Assembly: GCA_963816395.1 (NCBI GenBank)
Contig: CAWFKQ010000005.1
Location: 160,001 to 224,000, forward strand
Origin: an uncultured delta proteobacterium
GTDB taxonomy: Bacteria; Desulfobacterota; Desulfuromonadia; Desulfuromonadales; JACZKF01
Direction: 5' to 3'
DNA: 64,000 nucleotides
The notes below the pieces were generated by a model. The model was given only the letters and a program-made list of their open reading frames with translations, made no database searches and was not told the origin of the DNA. Position 1 is the stretch's first letter. The number at the start of each line of letters is the position of its first letter. The position numbers and the translations under genes were made by a program. Below are positions 57,218 through 64,000 of the stretch, in pieces.

Positions 57218-58351
57218 TTAGACCCTCTCGTACGGGTCAAACAGCCTCTTATACTCTTCCAGCGCGTAGCGGTCGGTCATGCCGGCGATATAATCGCAGA
57301 TGACCCGTTCCTTCCCGAAGACCTTGCATTTTTCCTGATAATCCTGAGGAAGAAGGGAGGGATGGAGGAGATAGCTCTCGAAGAGCTGGGTTAAAAAGCG
57401 CTCAGCCTTGACCCGCATCCGCTCCACCTTGTAATGGCGATAAAGCCGTTTCCGCAGAAACACCTTCAAGTGGCTGTTTTTAGCTTGGAATTCGTCACTG
57501 AACGCGATCAGCTGTCGGGGCTGACGGCGCACCGCCTCCAGGCTGTCAATCCGCCGCTCATGCAAGTTTCCGCGGGTGGTGACCACCAGATCTTCGATGA
57601 GTGTACCGATCAGGTGACTGATCGTCTGGTAGACCTGACGAGGCGCATCCAGCCCTGGGTACTTACGACCGACCAAGGCAAAGGTGTCGCGCCAAAGTTC
57701 GACCCCGGCGAGCTCCTCCAGGGTGATAAGGCCGGCCTTCAGGCCATCATCGATATCATGGTTGTTATAGGCGATTTCATCGGCCAGATCGATGATCTGG
57801 GCCTCCAGGGTGGGGCGCAGCTCCGGCTCGTATTCGGCGAAGTCAGCCTTCCCGGGGCAATCGTAATCGGAAGAATGCTTGATGATCCCTTCCCGGGTTT
57901 CCCAGCAGAGATTGAGCCCGTCGAAACCGGGATACCGCTCCTCCAGCACCTCGACGATACGCAGCGATTGGCTGTTGTGCTCGAAGCCGCCGAAGCCAGT
58001 CATCAGATGATTGAGCACCTCCTCGCCGGTATGGCCAAAAGGGGTATGCCCGAGGTCATGGGCCAACGCCAGCGCTTCGGTCAGGTCTTCATTCAATTGC
58101 AGGCGCCGAGCGATCCCGCGAGCGATTTGAGCGACCTCCAGAGAATGGGTGAGGCGGGTACGGTAGTAATCCCCCTCGTGGTTGACAAAGACCTGCGTCT
58201 TGTATTCCAGCCGGCGAAAGGCCGCGCAATGGATGATCCGGTCGCGGTCCCGTTCGAACCCGGGCCGGGAATCTTTAAGTACCTCGACAAAACGGCGGCC
58301 GCGGCTTTCGCTGCTGCGAGTCGCGTAAACGGCCAGATCAGGTCGTTCCAT
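57218..58351 (-). CDS. dgt: Deoxyguanosinetriphosphate triphosphohydrolase
   Basis: RDRDRI, KTQV, RTRLTHSLEV, HDLGHTPFGH.GE and DYIAGMTD. Confidence 0.95.
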   Translation of the reverse strand: MERPDLAVYATRSSESRGRRFVEVLKDSRPGFERDRDRIIHCAAFRRLEYKTQVFVNHEGDYYRTRLTHSLEVAQIARGIARRLQLNEDLTEALALAHDLGHTPFGHTGEEVLNHLMTGFGGFEHNSQSLRIVEVLEERYPGFDGLNLCWETREGIIKHSSDYDCPGKADFAEYEPELRPTLEAQIIDLADEIAYNNHDIDDGLKAGLITLEELAGVELWRDTFALVGRKYPGLDAPRQVYQTISHLIGTLIEDLVVTTRGNLHERRIDSLEAVRRQPRQLIAFSDEFQAKNSHLKVFLRKRLYRHYKVERMRVKAERFLTQLFESYLLHPSLLPQDYQEKCKVFGKERVICDYIAGMTDRYALEEYKRLFDPYERV

Positions 58352-58530
58352 GACAATTCTCCCGGGGAACAGGCAATCTGCACCCACTTTAGCCTCTTTG
58401 CGCGGATCTGGCAATGCCGGACGAGTGACGGTGCATGGTGGAAAACCTTGACGCCGCGTTACCCCCTGTGCTAGTTTTTCCCCGTATTTTCGGCCATCTG
58501 CCAACTCACGGCAGCGGCAGGCGGGACGCG

Positions 58531-59100
58531 GTGCGGATCATCAGCGGTAGCGCAAAAGGAAAGAAACTGGCCTCTTTTTCAGGATTGCAGATCCGCCCAA
58601 CCGCCGATCGGGTCCGGGAATCGATCTTCAATATCCTGTTCAGCCGCATCGGCTCCTGCTGGGGGAAATCGGTCCTGGATCTTTATGCCGGTACCGGGGC
58701 GATGGCGCTGGAAGCCCTGAGCCGGGGGGCGCGACGGGCGGTGCTGATCGACCAGGGGAAGGAAGCCGCGCACCTGATACCGGCCAATCTGCGGGCTTGC
58801 CATCTGGAGCAGAAAGCAGACTTCATGCGTGCCAATGTGCTTGAGGCACTGCCCCGATTGAAGCCGGAAGCTTTCGACCTGATCTTTGTCGATCCGCCTT
58901 ACGACGACCGCGGCCTCGCCGGAGCAACTGTGGCGGATCTCGCCCGACTGGAGCTCCTGGCCGCCGGCGGCGTGCTCTGTTTGGAGACCGCCCGTGACGA
59001 GGAAATCCCGGGGGAAATTGGCAAATTCGAGCGCTGCCAGCTGCGTTCCTATGGAGGGACCGCTGTTCACATTTTCACCCATCCCAAGCCCGAGGCCTGA
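58531..59100 (+). CDS. rsmD: 16S rRNA (guanine966-N2)-methyltransferase
   Basis: RIISG, RPTADRVRE, DLYAGTG, EALSRG and DPPY; upstream of coaD. Confidence 0.93.
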   Translation: MRIISGSAKGKKLASFSGLQIRPTADRVRESIFNILFSRIGSCWGKSVLDLYAGTGAMALEALSRGARRAVLIDQGKEAAHLIPANLRACHLEQKADFMRANVLEALPRLKPEAFDLIFVDPPYDDRGLAGATVADLARLELLAAGGVLCLETARDEEIPGEIGKFERCQLRSYGGTAVHIFTHPKPEA

Positions 59101-59105
59101 GTGAG

Positions 59106-59606
59106 ATGAATAAGCACATTGCAGTTTATCCCGGCTCCTTCGATCCCATCACCTACGGTCATCTCGACATCATCCATCGCGGGCTGCAGGTATTCGATGA
59201 GCTGATCATCGCCGTTGCCCGCAATTCGGAGAAGAGAAGTCTGTTCACCACTGAGGAACGGCTGGAGATGATCCGCCGGACCGTCGATAATACCCCCCGC
59301 CTGCGGGTGGATACTTTCGAAGGGCTGCTGGTCGACTATGTCGCCGCGCAAGGCGCCCGGGTCATTCTGCGCGGGCTGCGGGCCGTATCCGATTTCGAGT
59401 ACGAGTTCCAGATCGCCCAGATGAACCACACCGTACAGGAGCAGGTCGAGACCCTGTTCATGATGACGGCGGTGCCATATGGCTACCTGAGCTCATCCAT
59501 CGTCAAAGAAGTGGCTTCCCTGCAGGGGACGGTCGAGGCCTTTGTACCGCCGGTGGTGCGAGTGGCCCTGGAAGGAAAATTCGGCCGGCGAAAGGAGGAA
59601 ACATGA
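59106..59606 (+). CDS. coaD: Pantetheine-phosphate adenylyltransferase
   Basis: YPGSFDPIT.GH, RGLRAVSDFEYE and SSSIVKE. Confidence 0.97.
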   Translation: MNKHIAVYPGSFDPITYGHLDIIHRGLQVFDELIIAVARNSEKRSLFTTEERLEMIRRTVDNTPRLRVDTFEGLLVDYVAAQGARVILRGLRAVSDFEYEFQIAQMNHTVQEQVETLFMMTAVPYGYLSSSIVKEVASLQGTVEAFVPPVVRVALEGKFGRRKEET

Positions 59607-59797
59607 TCACCCGGGAAATGACCATCGAGGAAGTGATCCGCCGCCATCCCGCAACCATTGCCATCTTCCGCCGCTTCGGTCTGGACTGTATGGACTGCCA
59701 GATCGCGCAGTTCGAACAGGTCGGACACGGCGCAGGGGTGCACAAGGTCAATGTTGAGGAGTTATTACGTGAGTTGAATAAGGTGATTCAATTTTGA
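59603..59797 (+). CDS. DUF1858 domain small protein
   Basis: MITREMTI.E...HP...F..FGLDCMDC...GAGVH. Confidence 0.85.
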   Translation: MITREMTIEEVIRRHPATIAIFRRFGLDCMDCQIAQFEQVGHGAGVHKVNVEELLRELNKVIQF

Positions 59798-59900
59798 ATT
59801 TTGAATTCTTGATTTTGAATTAAGGTCAAAATCAGGAGCCCCTGCCATCGAGCGATGGGTTCGCCTTTTAATTTAGAATTCAAAATCCAAAATTCAAAAT
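59791..59900. repeat. Heptamer (TTTTGAA/TTCAAAA) inverted-repeat element between convergent genes
   Basis: attttgaattttgaattcttgattttgaatt ... aattcaaaatccaaaattcaaaat with a central ccatcg/cgatgg hairpin. Confidence 0.75.
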
Positions 59901-60607
59901 TTCTCAACCTCTTCCACAAGCCTATCCAGAGCCTCGACCACCGCCGCCTCCAGGCGGGCACCCTTCTCCGCCGACGCCTTGGTGGGGTCGCCCCAGACCC
60001 CGCCAGGCCAGTATTTCCGCTTGTCGCGCACCAGGATCCCCGACGGAAAACTCGGATATTCCCTCACCCCCTGCCCTTTCACCAGTTGCGGGTGAGAGTG
60101 CAACAGGCGCGAAGTCTCGATTTCTCCCGCGTGCGCATCGTCCGGCGTCTCGATGATCCCCTTCCCTTCCCGGCTGGCCAGCATGAACTCGGTCAGCACC
60201 GCAATGCGCAGATCGGTAAAGCGCTGCAGCAGCTCCTCGCCGGCATCGATCAAGGTAGAGGTGTGCGTGCCGCCGGCGTGGCCGGTGAGCAGAATGAAGT
60301 TGCGCAGTCCCTGTCGATACAGGGTGCTGACAAGATCTATGGCGAGGGCGCGAAGGGTGGCGGTGGTGATGGAAAGGGTTCCCGGATGGTCTGCCGTGGA
60401 GCGGCAGACCCCATAGGGAATCGGCGGCGCGATGAAGATCGGCCGCCGCTCGGCCAGCCGGCGGCCGACCTCGACGGCATGCAGGGTATCGGTGCTGAGC
60501 GGCAGGTGCGCCCCGTGTTCCTCGGTAGAGCCGAAAGGGATGAGAACGGTGCGGGTCTTCTCCAGCCCCGCCGTGAATTCAGGCATGGTCAGGTTTTCGA
60601 TGATCAT
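59894..60607 (-). CDS. Creatininase/creatinine amidohydrolase family protein
   Basis: PFGSTEEHGAHLPL.TD, GHAG, HAGEIETS and GVWGDP. Confidence 0.92.
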   Translation of the reverse strand: MIIENLTMPEFTAGLEKTRTVLIPFGSTEEHGAHLPLSTDTLHAVEVGRRLAERRPIFIAPPIPYGVCRSTADHPGTLSITTATLRALAIDLVSTLYRQGLRNFILLTGHAGGTHTSTLIDAGEELLQRFTDLRIAVLTEFMLASREGKGIIETPDDAHAGEIETSRLLHSHPQLVKGQGVREYPSFPSGILVRDKRKYWPGGVWGDPTKASAEKGARLEAAVVEALDRLVEEVEKF

Positions 60608-60617
60608 TTCTCGCCCC

Positions 60618-60697
60618 GTGAGATAGTGAGATAGTGAGATAGTGAGATACAAGATAGTGAGATATTTTTTACTACCTCACTACTTGCTATCTCACTG
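60618..60697. repeat. Intergenic octamer inverted-repeat element, copy C
   Basis: (gtgagata)x4 perfect, then caagatagtgagata ... actacctcactacttgctatctcactg. Confidence 0.85.
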
Positions 60698-60700
60698 TTT

Positions 60701-61463
60701 TTAAGGCATTCCGAGCAGCCGATGGGTCTGCGGAATAACCCGGGTATGCGGATGAATCCGGCCGGCCCGGGTCTGCAGAGAAAGCAGCGAACTGCCCGAG
60801 ACGGCAATTTCTCCATCTCGGGTCACCGCCTGCAGGATCAGCGGCACGCCCGGGGCCACATCCTGCAGCAGGCGCGCCGCCTCTTCCACTTCCTCCGCGG
60901 GGGTTTCCTCGCCGATGACGATCTTCACCTGGCATTGCCGCTCGCGGGCCAGGGTCAGGAAAGCGCGATGGGCTGCCCAGGGGGTAGGCTGGCCGGTCTG
61001 GGAGGCAAGCTTGAGGTCCATGGCGATGTAGTCGAGATAGCGGCAAAAGAAGCGGCAGGGCCTGCGGCAGGGTACCGTTGGTTTCCAGGTAAATCGGCAG
61101 GATTTCCCGCAGCATCGGGAGCCATTCGGCCATAACCGGTGCCTGCACCAGCGGCTCTCCGCCGGTCAGGCTGAGCGAATGGTGGAGCCCAGGGAGTTCT
61201 TCCCGCCACTGGAAAAGGATATTGTAAAGGATCTCCAGCGCCACCGGGTTGGGGATACTGCGAAACTGGCCCGAGCCGGGAGCATCTTCCACCCGGCAGT
61301 CGGGTTGCGGCGCAAAGGGCGTATCGCAGTAGTCGCAAGCAAGATTGCAGCCGGCGAGCCGCACGAAGATCTGCCGGCAACCGACCAGCAGCCCCTCCCC
61401 CTGGATAGAGGAGAAAATCTCCAGGAGTTGGGCCTCAGTCGAGGCTGTAACTGGCGCGGGCAT
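60701..61463 (-). CDS. queE: 7-carboxy-7-deazaguanine synthase (radical SAM), frameshifted near 61045
   Basis: EIFSSIQGEG, CNLACDYCDT, TGGEP, ETNG, MDLKL and IPQTH; adjacent to queD. Confidence 0.9.
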
Positions 61464-61806
61464 AATCGGATTCCCAGACGGTGACCATTTCCACCCGAAC
61501 ATTGCTGTTGTTGAGGCGATCGCCCAATTTCTCAAAGAGAAATCGAGACATGTTTTCGGAGGATGGGCTGATGACGTCGAACGGGGGAATTTCGTTCAGG
61601 TACTTATGATCGAGCAGGTCGAGGACGATCTTGGTCTCCCGCTTGAGAACCTTGAAATCGATCCCCAGGCCGGCCTGGTCAAGTTCCCGGGCGGCGACGG
61701 TCACCTCCACCTTCCAGTTATGCCCGTGCAGATTTTCGCAGTCCCCCTGGTAATTGCGCAGGTTATGGGCGGCGGCGAAATGCGTGTGAATGGTCAATCG
61801 GTACAT
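61435..61806 (-). CDS. queD: 6-carboxytetrahydropterin synthase
   Basis: FAAAH, CENLHGH, LDH and ENM..VWES. Confidence 0.95.
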   Translation of the reverse strand: MYRLTIHTHFAAAHNLRNYQGDCENLHGHNWKVEVTVAARELDQAGLGIDFKVLKRETKIVLDLLDHKYLNEIPPFDVISPSSENMSRFLFEKLGDRLNNSNVRVEMVTVWESDYARASYSLD

Positions 61807-61820
61807 CGGCCCTCCAGGGG

Positions 61821-62028
61821 TCAGGACTTGCGGGGGAATTCAATCACCTCGGCGACTTCTTCGGGGTCAACCCGGCGGCCGGAAATACGAGTACTCCTCG
61901 GTCGCCCAACGACCCAGGTCGACCAGGCGGCACTTCTCGGAGCAGAAGGGGCGGTGCGGATTGTCCTGCCAGGCGGTGCGGTTGCCGCAGCGCGGACAGG
62001 GAACACGGAAAATCTTCTTTTCTGTCAT
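61821..62028 (-). CDS. yacG: DNA gyrase inhibitor YacG (zinc-binding), frameshifted near 61890
   Basis: Hand translation from ATG 62028: VPCPRCG...NPHRPFCSEKCRLVDLGRWATEEY. Confidence 0.88.
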
Positions 62029-62296
62029 GCGACGAATTCCTTGCTCTTACGTTTTTCTATATTTAGCACAAAAAGCCGCCGGGGCTCAATTAGTCGGAGG
62101 CGGACATTAAATGCCATTTCCCGGCTCCCGACAACCATTTTCTGCGACGACCGCCAGTCTCGCGGCAGAATTCTACCAGGCCTTCCCCACAGCGGCAGGG
62201 ATTGCTTAAATGCAGATTAGAGGTATAAATGAAGTGGAGAGGATTAATGAACATTGGAGGATACCTCCTTTAACGGGCGATCAGGAAGGAGAAGAT

Positions 62297-62872
62297 ATGA
62301 AGAAATTTCTTAATCGGGCGAAGACAGTAAACCTGTTTCTTATTTTCCTGCTGCCGGCCCTGCTGGCGGCAACGGTGAAGACCTCCCCGGCGGCTACGGC
62401 CGGGGAGATCGACCCCCGTGTCGAGGTGGCACTCGGGCGCTTTTACAATGAGGTCCAGGGAGCCAGGGAATTCGCCAGGCAGGCCAAAGGACTGCTGGTC
62501 ATGCCGAGGGTGATCAAGGCCGGCTTCGTGATTGGCGGTGAATATGGCGAGGGCGCCTTGCTGGTCAACGGCAAGACCGTCGATTACTACAATCTCGTCG
62601 CCGGCTCCTATGGTCTGCAGATCGGCGCCGAGGCCAGGGACATCATCATTGCTTTCATGACGGAAAAAGCGCTGGAAAATTTCCGCGCCAGCCAAGGATG
62701 GGAAGCGGGAGTCGACGGCAATATAGCCCTGATCGACGTCGGCGGCGGACGACGCCTGGACACGACCACCCTCAGGGATCCCATCGTCGGTTTCGTCTTC
62801 GGCGTCAAGGGGCTGATGGCGGACCTGTCGCTCAAAGGGTCCAAGTTCACCCGGCTGGACAAGAGCAAATAG
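62297..62872 (+). CDS. Secreted Ysc84/SYLF lipid-binding domain protein
   Basis: Signal peptide; AKGLLVMP..KAGFVIGGEYGEG, SYGLQIG and KGLM..SL.GSKF. Confidence 0.88.
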   Translation: MKKFLNRAKTVNLFLIFLLPALLAATVKTSPAATAGEIDPRVEVALGRFYNEVQGAREFARQAKGLLVMPRVIKAGFVIGGEYGEGALLVNGKTVDYYNLVAGSYGLQIGAEARDIIIAFMTEKALENFRASQGWEAGVDGNIALIDVGGGRRLDTTTLRDPIVGFVFGVKGLMADLSLKGSKFTRLDKSK

Positions 62873-62910
62873 GGAAATGGACCTGAGTCAGGCGTTCGGG
62901 GGGTGGCGGG

Positions 62911-63306
62911 TTATTTCTTCGATCCTTCCACTGCCCCGCCGGCCTTGACCCAGGCGTCAAATCCCCCGCCGATATGGCAGACGTTCGCCAGCCCCATCAT
63001 CTGGGCGGTTTGCGCCGCCAGGGCCGAGCGCCAGCCGAGATTGCAGTAGAAGATAAATCGCTTCGGTTCATCGAAGAGGGCTTTGTGATAAGGGCTCTCC
63101 GGATCGATCCAGAACTCCAGCATCCCCCGGGGTACGTGCCGTGCCCCGGGAATCTTCCCCTCCCGCTGCAACTCACGGATATCACGCAGGTCAATGAACA
63201 GCACATTCTCCTCCCCGGCCGCTGCCAGCGCCGCCGCCACCGGGATGGTCTCGACTTCCCGCTCGGCGCGGGCGACCAGTTCCTTGTAGCCGATCTTGAT
63301 CGTCAT
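62911..63306 (-). CDS. Rhodanese-like domain protein
   Basis: IDLRD.RE, PRGMLEFW, YCNLGWRS and GGFDAW. Confidence 0.92.
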   Translation of the reverse strand: MTIKIGYKELVARAEREVETIPVAAALAAAGEENVLFIDLRDIRELQREGKIPGARHVPRGMLEFWIDPESPYHKALFDEPKRFIFYCNLGWRSALAAQTAQMMGLANVCHIGGGFDAWVKAGGAVEGSKK

Positions 63307-63465
63307 GATCGCTCCTCATGGATGGCCGATGTCGGAAAGCGCTCTTCGTCTTCCTGCATCGGCAGACAGGGTGAGGCCTTCGGGAGAACCCTGGCGCCCG
63401 GCATCTGGTAGCCGGGCAGTTTCCCGGCTCGCGGGTGAGACCGAACTCTGAGGAACAGAGCGCGG

Positions 63466-63999
63466 TTAGCGGGTAAGGGTGATGTCGGCGTGCAGATCGT
63501 CGGCTACCGCCGACAGCCCGATTTCGACCTGCTCCAGAGAGGCTCCCTCCGGTATCTGGATATGGATGTCCATCACGTAAAAGGGAGTGCCGCTGCCCGG
63601 TTCCGACCGTACGGTCGATTTGAGATCAAAGATGTTTATCGCCCGATCCGCCAGGAACTGGCTGACCTTGTAGACGATCCCCGCCTGGTCCACCCCCTCG
63701 ACGTGCAGCACGCAAGGCACGAAGCCAGCCGGCTTTGCCGCCTGGCTTTTCGGCAGCGGGCGCAGGAAGGCCGAAATCCCCTTCTCGTACTCCAGCCTGC
63801 GGCATTCCCGCTGCAACCGCTCCTCAACGTCTTTTCCCGGGCAGGTGAACAGGAGGGCCAGCGTGAACTCGTCGGCCAGCAGTCCCATCGTGGTATCCTC
63901 CAGGTTGCAGCCGTTTTCAAACAACAATCTGCTGACCTCGGCGACGATCCCGGGTCGGTCCTTACCAAAGGCGGTCATGATGTAGCGGTCGTTCATCAC
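63466..63999 (-). CDS. Tandem ACT-domain protein (GcvR-like)
   Basis: G.DRPGIVA..S and G.DQAGIV..VS ACT motifs; start is at the window edge. Confidence 0.88.
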   Translation of the reverse strand: MMNDRYIMTAFGKDRPGIVAEVSRLLFENGCNLEDTTMGLLADEFTLALLFTCPGKDVEERLQRECRRLEYEKGISAFLRPLPKSQAAKPAGFVPCVLHVEGVDQAGIVYKVSQFLADRAINIFDLKSTVRSEPGSGTPFYVMDIHIQIPEGASLEQVEIGLSAVADDLHADITLTR

Positions 64000-64000
64000 A

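Noticed and set aside
56698..60697. Octamer repeats as a CRISPR array
   Set aside because: No regular repeat-spacer periodicity, the copies are dispersed between genes, and there are no cas genes.

Overview
Bacterial genomic DNA that most resembles Desulfuromonadales/Geobacter-like deltaproteobacteria (PpcA-type c7 cytochrome, PEP-CTERM system). About 29 genes are broken by single-base indels, most likely long-read errors, so many CDSs below are reconstructed across frames and some boundaries are approximate. Layout: (1) 1-7.4 kb holds a D-tartrate dehydratase-like gene start, a patatin, YqaE/Pmp3, a GH65 phosphorylase with beta-phosphoglucomutase, an AAA ATPase, and a lipoprotein carrying a triheme c7 cytochrome on a long Gln-rich tether. 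(2) 7.3-47 kb is a large PEP-CTERM/exosortase exopolysaccharide locus, mostly on the minus strand (prsT, sugar transferase, wza, chain-length protein, Tyr kinase, ATPase, OM barrel, deacetylase, prsR, exosortase, epsI, glycosyltransferases, flippase, polymerase, AsnB, CapA, two PaaK-like ligases). It is interrupted by an AT-rich, mostly plus-strand cassette of secreted Fn3/Ig proteins and a PEP-CTERM gene, and ends in a degenerate sigma54 regulator, a second PEP-CTERM gene and a His-less GAF-HisKA protein. A shared TGTCG-N6-TTTAC box plus sigma54 promoter recurs three times. (3) 47-56 kb is a GC-rich operon of epimerases, a B12-radical SAM enzyme and three CgeB-family glycosyltransferases. (4) 56-64 kb is mostly housekeeping genes (yhbY, dgt, rsmD, coaD, queE, queD, yacG and others) with intergenic octamer and heptamer inverted-repeat elements. 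The best candidates for something new are the Fn3 membrane-anchor/orphan-strand protein pair, the tethered c7 cytochrome and the pseudo two-component pair wired into the PrsR regulon. All three are inferences that need checking.
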